From positions 1,054,001 through 1,118,000 of the forward strand of contig CAJFCJ010000003.1 of NCBI GenBank assembly GCA_904063045.1: a stretch of 64,000 bases of DNA. Reading direction: 5' to 3'. Position 1 is the first letter of the stretch. Each line of letters opens with the position of its first letter. The notes beneath the pieces were generated by a model. It searched no databases and was not told the origin of the DNA. It saw only the letters and a program-made list of their open reading frames with translations. The position numbers and the translations under genes are program-made. The DNA comes from Dimorphilus gyrociliatus. Its lineage: Eukaryota > Animalia > Annelida. Below, in pieces: positions 27,701 through 40,937 of this stretch.

Positions 27701-28620
27701 CTAGTCACTCTCCTTCTCCAATTCGCTCACCACTGAAATTTGTACCACCCTTTGGGCCACCGGATGCCGATCCGAGAAAACAAACGGGATCGCCTACTAA
27801 TTCAAATTTCCCCATACTCCCAGGTAGAGGAAATAGAATGAAATTTATAGATTAATTTTTCACTATACTTCTTAGGAAACCCACTATAATATCAATATAT
27901 ATATGCTACCGTTTATATACTGTATATATACTGTATATTGTATATTAAATTTCTTTTATTATATTTAATAGCAAACTACGCACAAAGACAAGCAGAGTCG
28001 TTAAATATTCCAGGGAAGGGGCTAGTTAGTAAAGTTCTTCTACAAAGTATAGCACCAGTCGTGACTAGTGCGTTCCTGTCAAGAGTTGAACACGATGTGG
28101 ACTTGTAAGTATCCTAAAAACGAAACTAAACAACTATTACGAAAAATATTTCAGAGAGAGTTTTTCTGCAAAAAACAAATCAATTAATCATTTTTATTAA
28201 AATAACAATAGAAAACTATTAAAAACAAACCATTTCTTTAACACTATAACTACCACATTGATAAACTGAAATTATGAACCAGGGACGAACGTTGTATTAT
28301 GAATAATTACTTTGGTATAGGAATAGACGCGAAAATCGCGCTTGATTTTCATACTAAAAGAGAGGAACATCCCGAAAAGTGCAGGTAATTAATGGGCAAT
28401 TATTATATTTGGATATTTTCTTTGTCGTTCAGATCGTTGTACAACGAAAAAAGCGTCATGAATAATTATTTCGGAATTGGTATCGACGCCAAGATCGCAT
28501 TAGATTTTCACAACAAACGCGAAACGCATCCGGAAAAGTGCAGGTTTATATTTGAAGATTTTGAATGAACGCCTTCGCTTTCCTTCCTCCTACTACACTC
28601 TGTTGTATTAATATTTTTAT

Positions 28621-28651
<31 letters not shown>

Positions 28652-29111
28652 GTATATACTGTATATATATATAAATATGCTTAGTTAATTTTTTTCCTTA
28701 CTAACTTGATTAACAAAGAAAAAAGAAAGCAACATTCTAGCTTATATACATTATATTAGTTATTAAAGAAACGCTACCTGACAGCTTTAGTTGTGTTTAA
28801 TTTTTAGCGACATTTTAGCTGTATGAGAATGAGCAAAAAGCCGTCACTTTTCAAATTTTTACCTCATCAGTTTCGTTATTTATTTACTCCAATATATGTG
28901 TGTTTTTCATTTTTTTTTGGTACACAAGTTATTACTATCATCATATCTTTTCTTAATAATTAATTAATTAATTATTTACTTGATAGTACTCTTTTTGATT
29001 TACATATTTCCTTTACAGCTTTATATATGTATATATATATATATAGATATATATATATATATACTGTATATGTGTGCATATAAATTCATACATATATAGT
29101 CTATATATATA

Positions 29112-29151
<40 letters not shown>

Positions 29152-31699
29152 TTGTTGTTGTTGTTGATTCGGTTTGATAGATTTGACTAATTGGTGTTTG
29201 TTAGTTTTTATTTATTTTGATTATATATTAAACTTAATATTTAGATTAAATACCTATTCTTTAATACTTTAATAGAAGCCGAACAAAAAATATGATGTGG
29301 TATGGAGTCTTAGGAGGAAAGGAAATTATGCATAATACCTATCGCAATTTGGACCAAAGAATTCAGTTAGAATGTGATGGACAAAGGATTCCTTTACCTA
29401 GTTTACAAGGAATTGTAGTTCTTAATATATCAAGGTAGATTTTCTTTTAACCTTGATATGCCTAGTATATCAAATACATTTGATTTATAGTTATATGGGA
29501 GGAGCCAACTTTTGGGGTACGAAAGGCGATGTACGTTTAAAAACACACATATTTAATTTATAAACTAATTTATATAAAGATTTCTAAAAATAAACATAGA
29601 ATTTCCGGCCGCCTTCTTTTGATGATAAGATTTTAGAAGTTGTCGCCATATTTGGTAGCGTTCATTTGGGCGTTTCTAAATTTGTTAACCTACAACATCA
29701 TAGAATAGCTCAATGCAGGAGTTTAAAAATAACTATACTGGGTGATGAAGCTGTACCTGTTCAAGTTGATGGTGAAGCATGGCTTCAAAATCCTGGTTTT
29801 ATAAGAATTAAGCACAAGAATAGAGCTCAAATGTTAAGTCACGATAAAATATTCGCCGAAGCTCTTAGATCTTGGATGAAAAACGAACGAAGATCCAGCG
29901 AACAAACAGATTCAATCTTAACCGATCAAGAAGTATACGTTCTTAATGATTTCGTTTCCGTAACTGAGAGATTTACAGAATGGTATAAATTCCGTTTAAA
30001 ATACTAAATAACTCAATATTTCAATATTTTTACAATAGTTTGAAAATGTTATCGTCATTTACAACGTTTATAATGGAAGATTTAACGCCGTTGATTGTTC
30101 AAACACAAGGTTTCTTAAGGAAGTTATATTGTGAAAATGGTGAAAAAATGATTGAGGTAGGCCTAACAATGAAGATTTTATTTTATTTATCATTTTTATT
30201 AGTATTATATGTACCTAATGTTTTATTTGTACTTCTTCTTCTTCTTCCTCTTCTTCTTCTTCCTCTTCTTCTTCTTCTTCATTATTTTTTAAACAATTAC
30301 TTATTCTTTCTATCCATTTCTATATTTTCATTATTTACTTGTATAATTTCAGTACGGTACTTCTCAGGTAAATCTTATGTGTAAAACAACAAAGTAAAAA
30401 CAGTATACTGTTTACTCTTTACAGTATAGACGATATTTGCTGTTGTATTTTACTCACCTTTTCTTTTTATTCCCATTCGTCTTTCCCTTTATTTTTATTT
30501 TAAAAATTGTTGTTCTTTATCATTTATTATCATTGTTTTCTATACTTTCTTTTATATCTGCCCGTTAAGTTTTGCATTTGCATTTCTTTCCGATTTGTAT
30601 ATAGCATATATACAGTATATATATATAAATTTATATATAACTGTATACTGAATAATCTAATTTATTATATTAGTTCAGTTAAATTATAATATTAATAAAA
30701 TACTCGAGTTATTTATTTCTTTAACGAATCATGATTAAATCAAACAGCCGGCAATTAGGAGTCAGGTTTCTGATCTTGTTAGCAGTGTTACCCATCTCTT
30801 CCATAAATCAGTTCAATTACTAAACGAGAATAGCCGTGAATTAGTAAGTAATCATTACATATATTACTAATAATCTACGTTCCATATTTGTAATTAATAA
30901 CGTCTATTTAATTGATTGATACTCTATTTTTAGCAACTCTCATCCCAAGCTGATCAACAATTGCATCAAGCTTTACAGGAGATGGATGCAGAGATGGGTA
31001 GGGTTCATCAAATAGGAGGCCTACCCCATCCATATATATTAGACGATGTTCGTATAAAATTCGCATTAAACTGATTAATAATAATAATAAATAATGTCTT
31101 TTTCGTTATTCCCCAACTGATAAACAGCATGAACATCCAAAGAAACAGAAAAAGTTCAAGTTTGGCCCCTGGTTTAAACAGAGAAAGAGGGAAAAATCTG
31201 ATACACCTAAAGCACCAGATGGTAAATAGGTTACTTTCTAAATGAATTTTGAAACATTATGCCTTAACTTTATTATTTTCAGTGTCTAATGTTGAAAATT
31301 GGACTATCGATGAAGTTGTTCAATGGCTAAGCAGTTTCGGTTTTGTTGAATATGCCGAAAAATTTATTTCACATGAGATTACTGGTAAAGAATTAGTACA
31401 TTTGGAAAGATATGATCTAAAAGTAAGCATTTATTTTCATACCCTAGCCAATTATCAACCGATAGATGGAGCTAACAATTTAACTATTTATTTTGATTGT
31501 TAAAATACGCCATCTATATTACTTTTTATGTATTATTTATTTTCTTTTTCCATTATTTTTTTAGGATCTAGGAGTCTCAAAAGTGGGCCATTTAAAACGT
31601 ATGCAAAACGAAATAAAACACATGAGACATCAAGTTCAGGAAAGAGATAAATTGCAGAAAAACAAAACTCAAATGCTCGACATAGCTATTTCTTTTTAA
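13320..31699 (+). CDS. DGKH: Type II diacylglycerol kinase (delta/eta-like): PH remnant, C1a, C1b, split catalytic domain, SAM; ~1109 aa
   Basis: Exons: 13320-13340 (alternative first), 18808-18909, 20631-20757, 22680-22786, 23477-23871, 25162-25826, 27326-27598, 27698-27823, 27972-28104, [28283-28384 or 28433-28543], 29276-29434, 29491-29530, 29600-29982, 30039-30156, 30748-30843, 30934-31047, 31128-31221, 31283-31422, 31565-31699. All introns are GT-AG and phases are consistent (3330 nt with exon A). Motifs: [119 protein letters not shown]. Cannot be assigned to DGKD versus DGKH. Confidence 0.95.
13856..13876 (+). CDS. Candidate alternative first coding exon 1b of DGK (MNCFTKT)
   Basis: ATG AAC TGC TTT ACG AAA ACG|gtaaat: 21 nt, phase 0, same as exon 1a (ATG AAT TGC TGT TCA AAT AAG|gtgaat). 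Both are preceded by a shared actgcaaaagg word (13281 and 13798). Confidence 0.65.
14221..14238 (+). CDS. Candidate alternative first coding exon 1c of DGK (MNYFMS)
   Basis: ATG AAC TAC TTT ATG AGT|gtaaag, phase 0. tagtatgaactacttta matches 1b tagtatgaactgcttta at 16/17 nt. Confidence 0.45.
17418..17468. repeat. (CT)n(CA)n compound microsatellite
   Basis: Read directly from the sequence; intronic in DGK. Confidence 0.9.
18561..18612. repeat. Interrupted (GA)n microsatellite
   Basis: Read directly from the sequence. Confidence 0.85.
25979..26001. repeat. (TG)n microsatellite
   Basis: Read directly from the sequence; DGK intron. Confidence 0.85.
28283..28384 (+). CDS. DGK duplicated exon A (102 nt; (L)[33 protein letters not shown](R))
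   Basis: aaccag| ... |gtaatt, phase 2/2, open frame, canonical start of the DGK accessory catalytic half. Confidence 0.9.
28433..28543 (+). CDS. DGK duplicated exon B (111 nt; (L)[36 protein letters not shown](R))
   Basis: tttgtcgttcag| ... |gtttat, phase 2/2, open frame, paralogous to exon A. Confidence 0.9.
30232..30280. repeat. Imperfect (CTT)n trinucleotide repeat
   Basis: Read directly from the sequence; in a DGK intron, and the source of the poly-Leu in spurious ORF 30040-30384. Confidence 0.85.
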
Positions 31700-34600
31700 A
31701 AAAACAAAAAGAAACAGAAAATGAAAAGAAAAAAAATCATAAAAGTCGCACAAAAAAAATGGAATAAAAAGAAAGAAAAAGAGAATTATTTATATAAATA
31801 TTTTTTGTACTTGATAATATTTTGTATTAAAATTTATATTGAAAGATAAAATGAATGAATAAGTAAAAAAAAAAGGGAAGAATGAATTGATAAATTATAA
31901 AAGAAAATCTGAGATAAGACGGTGGAAAATGATAATGAGTAAAATAGAGTATTTGAGAAAGAAAGAGCGAGAGAGAGAGAAAGAGAGAGAGAGGGAGGGG
32001 GAGGGGTAAAGGAAGAAAGAATAAAAGAAAAAGAATAAATAAAATAGAATAATTAATGATCAACACTTGATCGTTTTAAACCTGCAGTTTCATATACAAG
32101 TTTTACTCTTTTCTTATTTTTTAATTAAAATAAAAAAAACTAATTAAGTTAAATAAGAAGAAGAGATGAAATGAGAAAGAAGGATACAAAAAAATAGTAT
32201 GCTTTTTTATTATTATTTTGTTTCTTTTTGTAATATTTTTTCTGTGAGCACCATAGAATTGTTTGTCTTTCACTTTTACTATAAGAACATAAAAACAAAA
32301 AAAGGGACGCTGGACGTCTTTTTAATCTTTTTATTTAAGTTATTTGTAACAAAAAACAAGTATCAATACATTTCTTTCTGGTGTATTAAATATTTTGTCT
32401 TACTTTATATTTAGTATATAAACAAACATAGCTATATATTAAAAATTTGCGCCCTCTATTTGTCGGTAGAAAGTTTATTATCATCTCTTTTTTAATAATT
32501 AGCAATAATTCTCGTCCAAATTGTATAGAGAGGTTTCCTATTATCTCTTATATTGACAGAAATTAATTTCAGCGGAGAAAAGCATTCAAGATGACGGCAC
32601 TTAACAACTTTCGATTATCTGCCAAAAGCTAGTAATTAAGAGCACTATTAACTCAGTAAGATGAGGAAGGATGAAGGATTATTATCCGGGGTTAAGGCAT
32701 ATATACAACCCCGAATAATGGTTTTATTAGTCTAATTTTAAGCCACATGATCCCCATAGCTAAATAACTACTCTACCCTGGTAAGAATTAAAGAATTTCA
32801 AATATTTCCTAGCAGGTAAACAGCGAAGTTGAGATTTGGTGGTTTTTTTTTTTTGAAAAAAAATAATTGCATGTTTTTATTGAGTTCAGTTAAACAAATC
32901 AATTCAGTTATTGAATCTACGGCAATTCAATAATCAATCAAAACCAAAGAAATAGCGAGAAAGAACGAAAGAAAAGAGAGAGAAAATGATAAATTGTACA
33001 CAATTTAACTAAATAGATTTAAAACATTATGGAATAGCTTGCAAACAAGACATAGAATAGATAGTAAAACTTCCTTCTGTCTTTTTAATCAAACAGAGTT
33101 TTAATGTTCTACAGATTTTAGAATAGATAGAAAAACGGCGCCGATGAGGCTGTATAGAGCACGTAGTAGTTTCTTTCTCTTCAACTACCATTCTTTTCCA
33201 GATGGACTTTTGACAAACAAGTAAAAGTCTGAAATAACAAACTTTAAGAAAATTGACACGGTTTATTGATAATCTCAAGAGATTTATTAGCAACACATTC
33301 AGTAATTTCTCAAACCTTTTAAAAAGCCATTTTTTACAAGTAAACTGTCATAAAATTTCTCTTTATCTTTTACTGAGCGCCACCTATATTACACATATAG
33401 ATAACTTATGGCATTGAAAACTTTTTCACAGTTATCCATAGATGTACGATATACAGTAAAATAAAGAAATAGACAATATTGTAATATTGTAACTGTTGTT
33501 GTTTATTTGGTTAAAACTTAATTATATTAGCAGTTTAAATTTGGTTTTACCAGGTTAAACAGTTAAACAGAAGGTAAAAACATTACCGTATTGGAAAGAC
33601 AGACGTTTATCTATTGAAAAAAAGAAGAAAGTTTTTTAACCCTTTACTCAATTTTGCATAAGCATTGGTCGTAGAGAAAAGATACAAGAGGGTCTGATTG
33701 ATAATTCTATTGATAAGAGAGCTGATAAAATGGTCAGTTAGCGCAATCCTTGCCGTTTCTTATCTGTCGACACCTGAAGTTAATTTGTGGCGGGCAAAAA
33801 TGTTTGCCGCAGACGCTAAAAGTGTTTTCAGACGAGAGAGGTTCTTTTTTAACTTTTACCTAAGGCGTTATTTAACTAAATAGAGGCAAAAGGAAAAATT
33901 AAAATTCCTATTACTGGAATATTTGTAATATAGAGCATTTCTAAAAATAGACTAAATTTTATATATAGTATACATAACTACTATCTACTGTAAACTGTAT
34001 ATATAACTTATTTATGTAATTTTTTTATTCAAAGTAATTAATTAATTAATTATTATTGAATAGTCCTTTTAGTCATTGTTTTTAAACCCTAATAGCTATC
34101 TATTGTTCTAATGCCCCGACTCACATCAGTAATTATTTATCACTTAGCCTTATACAATTCAATTTAGGCCTAAAAATTTTATATCCATATTCAATTCAAG
34201 CCGAAAATTAAAATAAAATGAAAAAAAGGAGGTAAAATTGTTAAAATTTCATGCATATTTTGTAATAATTAGCGATTAATTAGCAGTATTTTACTCCTCC
34301 TTTTCTTAAACAGCCAAAGGTAAAAGGTAAGCAATTTCGTATGTTAATTACAAGACGGAAATACTATTTCTAAGACAGGTGTAATTCTTTAGCATTTCTC
34401 CTCTTTCTCTCTATAAAGCATCAATTATTTCTATTGATATAGGCTTACACAGTTGTTTTTCAGTTTGCTTCTACATCGTAATTGATTACAATATTTATTT
34501 ATCATATAATATTTCATAATTCTATAAAAAGATGTTTGTTGAACGTATTAACAACGCCTATATTATTTTTAGAGTAAAAAAAGCAAGGTATTCAATATGC

Positions 34601-34707
34601 AAAATATTAAGAAAGAACGATATTCACTTAATAGGATACACGTAAAAAAGGACAAATATTCGCACGGAACAATACATATCTATTAAAAACATTCTAAAGA
34701 GAATGAG

Positions 34708-34712
<5 letters not shown>

Positions 34713-34743
<31 letters not shown>
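34713..34743. repeat. (GA)n microsatellite
   Basis: Read directly from the sequence. Confidence 0.85.
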
Positions 34744-34746
<3 letters not shown>

Positions 34747-37518
34747 AAAGGTCAAAATCGTTTAAGAAGTGATAATAACAATAATAATAAGCGGGATTTT
34801 ATTTGTCAAACGATTTTATGGGCGTTTTTCTTACTTCTATTACAGTTTTTGAGGCTATTGATGTCATTTTTAAGCCATATTCAACTTGATTATAAACCGT
34901 CAAATATGTCATTTTTAAGTATACGTCTGTTGGGTTATATATTATTTTCGGTCAATAATTCCATAATGATATACTATTAAAGAATATTTCTTGAAGTGTG
35001 AAAAGATAGCTGAAACGTTAAGAAAAAAAGACGAAAGAGAAGAAAAAGAAGAAGAAGAGGGAATAAACTATCCAACTTCTACGTAGATTCTTTACAGACT
35101 TCAACTACACATATCTCTTTTCTTTTTTATTTATTTAAATAATTTGTTAATTTATGTTGTTTTTACTCTGTCTGGAAAAAAACTGGAAATGTATACAAAC
35201 TACTTGTTTGTATTCTTTTGGACAATGTTTGTCTGTGTTTAATCTCTAAATCCCATCAAACTCAAGTCTTAATATACCTTGCTAAGCCGTGTTTTTTATC
35301 TACGGTAGTAATTGATGGAATGTTCTTTTCTTAGTTTAATTAAGAATAATGCGATATTAATGTGGTTGGTATTCCTGTTATTAAATGATACATAATGGTA
35401 CATTTTCCAAGACGGTAAACATGTAGTGACCTTTAACTCGGAATTCGGCAACCTACTCGATTTTTACGGCTCCAGACTTTTCTACGCTAACACGTGAAAA
35501 GCTTCAAATTTCACCACTTGATAAACATTCGTAGCTAGGGCGTTACTGATAAGACGCTTTCATGGCAAAGCATTTCTATACGTTAGGGGAATAAATTGAA
35601 TAGAAATCGTATAATGTTGAGTAAAGGTTGTATTTAGTGAAGAAATCTGGAAAAAAATGACCGCGGGCATCGTTGCCCCTTATTACGAGCAGATGTTTTT
35701 GCACTTGATGCAGCAATATATATGAGTTTCGACCTTATCAATAATCTTTTATCTTATCGGCATCTACTGATATACAAGGAGCAGGCACTTTGTAGAGTCG
35801 TTTATTCTTTGTTTGTCTTGGGAAACCCACTGTTTTCCTTAGTTCTTTTTTAAAGGTTCTTCGGTGTCTCGGGATTAAAGGACTGTTGACAGTTATGCTG
35901 GATTTGCGCGACGTTGCCAGTAGCGACTGTTATTTTAAAGTAACCGATAAGACTCGTTAGAGATGCTAGACTTCCGATCACTAAGCTATCACAATAGATA
36001 CAATCAATTTCTCAGCGCCATCTAACAATTAGACTTCTTTCCTTTACCCAAGTAGATATCGATCGTTAGATGGCGTTTGAAAAACTCGTCATTAAATCAA
36101 AAGTCTATATATATATATACATATATTAACAATTACTAGACGAATACGATGAACTCTGACTTTCTGAAAATCTGTAACGTATTTGGGAAACACTCCAACC
36201 GTTGCACGTGGCCTTTCTTGACCCTGATCTCTCCATTCCTATTGGAAATTCCTTGGAGCGATATATGCCTGAAAACGTTTTTCCAATTTTGAATAATAAG
36301 TCGTATTTTACCAGTTTTATTTATTTTTATATTTATTTTTATTGCGCAATAAACTGTAAAAAAACTAAACACGTCACTTGAAGAGATATCTTCAACGAAG
36401 ACAGTACGCTTTGACATGATACACATGCCCTGGTTACGCCAACTGACAGCTTAATGAAGTTATGTAATCTGTGGAAAGGTGTTGGTGCTAAAATTTATAG
36501 CCTCTTCCCTTAAATCCGGAGGGCGTCCAGAATGACGTTTCTCTTAATTTATTAACGAAGAGGAAGTGTCAACGTCCTTGGCATTGAGATTACAGTCTGC
36601 CCTAAAATTTATGATCATTAAACAATAAAAAGGGTTATACATTTAATTTACACATCAAAATAGTCGAGTTAATACCCTTTCTAAAATAGACGCCTCAGTG
36701 CTAAATATATATAATTTCTTATTCATAAGCGTACTTTTGAAACCGGAAATTCGCAAGAATAAGTATAGTTTATAGCGTCGATAAGAATAGCGTCTATTCT
36801 ATAAAATAGCTATTGTGTGCGGGGCTTAGAAGTAAGAAAGAGGAGAGGTTATAAAGGTCAATTCCTTCTTATAACTGCATAATAATGTAATGTATATATA
36901 CATAGAATAAATGTGAAATATTTTTTAGTAAATGCAAATATTGTCACCATATTGTGTACTGCAAAAGTGTTCTATACACTTACTAAACAAAAGACTGAAT
37001 AGTATGTGTATAATCATTCCATTTTTTATGGGAAATTTTATTGAAAAGGTAATAAGTTTAATATAGACCGGAAAAAAAAGGGTCTAAAGCGTACTCTACT
37101 TTTTATTTTTTTCTACTTGTATAGACCCTTTAATCCTACATAAACCCTACATCAATCAATGTTCAAACGACCCTTTAAGTCATCCTGTCACGGTCAACAA
37201 TCGAAAGAGAAAACAAACTTTGAAAATAACTCCCTTTACCTTCCATCCACAACCCTCCCGTTCTGTTTACATTAGCGTAAAAGGAATCCAGACGCCGGCA
37301 CGTTCCCCAATTCCTTTTCAGTTTACCCACTAATTATAAACGTTTAATGAAAGGAGATGTCAAATGATGAGTTATTTTAATTGTAGGTCTTGTCCGCAAC
37401 TCCGCCAGGGTCGTTTTTTAATGGCTTATTTATATATTTTGACATTCTGATATATTCTTTAGAAAAGAAAAACCTATACTAGGCTTACGTGGGAAAATAA
37501 AATAAAAGAATAACGAAA

Positions 37519-37556
<38 letters not shown>

Positions 37557-40399
37557 TGGAATAAGAGAATAAAATGGAATTATTATGATATAATATTCTA
37601 TGATTTATCATTCTATAATCATTGAAGATAAAGTGAAAAGGTTATCAAATAGTATCAATTACTTTCCAAGTTTCTATTAGAATTCATTAGAGATAGAGAA
37701 TTCTCTCATTTCTTTCTTTTTTTTCCCAACCATATAAATAAAATAGTTACGTAATTTTAATGATTTAATAAGCCTATTTGCCTTCTTTAACATACTTTTC
37801 GTGAAATCCAATAAATAATTATCAATATAATTGTTTAATAAATCAAATAAATAAATAAAGAAATTTTATAATTTGATTAGAAATGATAAAGAAATGAAGA
37901 GGGTCGAGAAGAAAAAGGTATAGATTTAATCAATAATTTAAAGCAAAAATCAGATAAAAAGTGGCACAATCTTTTCCCCATTGTAAAGGCGTTAAACGGT
38001 TTAAATAGATTAATTAAGCAAGAAAAAATCGATTACGTTAAGACTTCATTATTTATTCAGTGATGGGTGGGTTGGGTTGGCGACTAAAAAATCTTTCTTC
38101 TCCCAGAAACTGCACCTGCTACCCCTTAAACAATTCCACCCATTCCGCCCTATCCACCCCTAATTTCTCACTCATCAATTCCGTCTATTCCTCTTTGTTT
38201 CCTCTTCCATCTTCTTTTTATTGTAATAGAAAAGGAAATAAAAATCCGTACGGCTCATGTAGAACCTCTCTAGTGTATGTTACTCGCTATTGTCCAAGGA
38301 CGAAACGCAAAATGGAAGCTGAATAAATACTATTTATTATTCATGAAGTGCTTGTCAAGTTTTTTTTTTTATTGCGCAAACAAGTGCATTGCGCCTTTTG
38401 TCGGTACGCACGCGCTACTCTCCATATCTCTATAAACAAATAGATATATTACTATAGATGAGTCTGTTTTTATTTCATTAATAAACCCTCGAACGATATC
38501 AACTTTTTCTCCTCTTTCCCCATCTCCGTCCTCTCTTTCTCTCTCTCTCTCTGTCTCTCCTCTCACTATTAAACGCTCTTACTTAATATTTACTCGTTTG
38601 GAATATGACCGTATTATATTACGTAACTCCCTATTCAATAACGTCACGAACCTGAAAATGAACATCGTTTAAGCGAGAAAGAGAAAAATCATTAGTTATT
38701 AAGTACTGTCTATTTGAACTATAAATGTATTAATCCTAAAGTATTATGAACTGATTCGTAAGTATACAGTGAAGGATCACATTTCCCTTTCAATATATGA
38801 ATAAAACAAATTAATCTGTTATAAATAGGGTCATATTAGAGTTTAGACAAGATGTGAGATGAGTGTGACCCTTGACCAATTTATCGCGTACGCTGTTTTG
38901 TCGAGCAAACATATATATTGAGTAAACTAATTAGCATTAAAAAAATAATACTTTCTATTCAAAATTTCTGTGGAAACTTACCTATCTTACCTCAAATCTG
39001 AAATAACAAAACAACGTTTTGAATGAACGTCTTTTGTCATCTTTGTTCCTTATTCATTTCAAGGCTTTAGGCGACAGATCGATTTAGCAATCTCCAGACA
39101 ATTGGACGAAATAGTTAATTAATCCAATTAAAAAAAAAAAGTTTTCCCGCCCTTAATTTCTTGTTTAACGGACAATTGAAATAAAACGATGCCGATGGCT
39201 AAATTAGAAAGATTAAGATAAGGATCGACGTTCAAAATCACATGAATAATAAGACAATCAATGAATCGTCACGTAGCATTTTTACCAACTTCCGGTTTAA
39301 GATTTTTACTTCTCTCTCCAATTATTTATTCATAGCCATCTGCCTTGCTTGTTCTAGAAAAGTGTCTTTTTACGAGGTCACGATCGACTACAACAATATT
39401 TACATTCGTCTCAAATCGTCCATTTTTCTACACTACTTTTAACTCAATTGGACAAATCCTATTCCGTGTAGAGTCTGGACTTGCTTGAATGGAAACTTTC
39501 ACCTTTCAATTGAATAGGGAAACAAAAAGCTTTCTAGTAAAAATGCATCACGCATCGCCCCAAGATGCTTCCTTCTTTACTGGTCCTCTCCCTCCTCCAA
39601 TTTTTTTCTTTCATTCATTCTTTTTCCTTTCTTCTCTCGCTTCCCTTCCCAATTATCATTAATCCACACCCACATTCTCCTCCCTCTTTCTCCTTCAAAT
39701 GGAACAAAAAGACTAAACCAATAATTAATGATCGTTTCAATGAATATTTATAAAAGTTCACTCTGTAAAAGTTATTTGTTTGCAAAGTGAAGTTTACAGG
39801 TCAAGAAATAAATCATTTACAGATAGTGAAAAAAAAGTTATTATATTCAAACCAAACGTTTCGTATAGACAAAGTTTTTTCCCTTTTCTTTTGAAGATTT
39901 AAATTGTTTATAAATTAGAGTTTAAATGGTGGAATATAGCTGCTAAAAAGTGTTAGCACTTTAGCTAAATACATATAAAAATATATATGATATATATGCA
40001 AATTAGATGAATATAATATACATATATTTTGTAAAATTAGACGTATATGAATATATTAAAAAGGGGTAATTTTAATATAAAACAGGTGTTGTAGAAATTC
40101 GAGAAACTTTATGTAGCCTTGTAGTCTTTTGCTAGTAGTTTTTATATATATTTTAAATATTAGACGCGAAAGTTGAAACCTCTAGCCGAATAGATTTTAC
40201 GTAGGCTTAGTTTAACCCCTAGACTATTTCCATAAAGTACTATTTAAGTAAATAACCAAGTGTATGGACGTATCTTATTCAAGTTTTCCGTTTCAGTTAA
40301 CTCTTTACCTTAAAACGAGGGGACCTTATATTTAAAAAAAACACCAGTTAAGAGATGGTGTACCTTTCAACAAAACTTATTTTTTTTACCCTCCTTCGT

Positions 40400-40937
40400 G
40401 GGAAAGAAGATATATTTAAACACCTTGGTGGCGTCACAAAGCAAACAGATCACGTGATGAGAAAGAGAAAGAAATCTGAAAGAAGAAATCCCCGTCAGTT
40501 CGTTGTTATGGACAAAAGATCGACTCCCCGAAGTTCGGACAACCGTTAATTATTTTTACCGCACGCAGTTTTTCTACCCCGCTTAAACTCTCACCCCTTT
40601 TTCTCTCGCTAATGAATTAAGCCTATATGATATCGACGAATAGAACTGCAAAACTAACGCCTTAAAACAAATGCATACAACAACCTGAAATATTGCTCTT
40701 CGCGTGCTATAAAAATTATTCTTTGATACTTGCCGCCTGGACCCGTCTGTCTTTTCAAAAACATCCAATTGGCGATCGGACGGGGCATCACGTGACCGGT
40801 AGGAGGAGCCCTAAAACCACTAGACTCTCATATAGTGTTCTGACTGTCTGGAAGAGAACTTGTTTATAAATTGTTTACGGATTTTTGTTATATTTATTTA
40901 TGGTTTATTGATCTTTCGGAAGTAATTTCCTGTCGAG
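40400..40937 (+). promoter_or_regulatory. Candidate promoter and first non-coding exon of the protocadherin
   Basis: GC-richer island with two TCACGTGA boxes (40450, 40788), CCAAT (atccaattgg ~40763) and a GC-box-like ggacgggg, ending at donor gtcgag|gtaaat (40937/40938). A further UTR exon 42404-42595 (tgtatag| ... aaag|gtatat) and the acceptor ttttcag|42763 lead into the coding exon. Confidence 0.4.

Noticed and set aside
32678-32725. Bulged hairpin (cggggtt/aaccccg plus attatt/aataat) downstream of DGK
   Set aside because: Too short and imperfect for a pre-miRNA; unremarkable in AT-rich DNA.
31700-40400. Search for transposase/RT ORFs, long terminal or inverted repeats, CRISPR-like arrays and rRNA/snRNA in the large intergenic region
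   Set aside because: None recognisable by eye; only short GC-richer enhancer-like patches. RepeatModeler or Infernal could still detect diverged elements.
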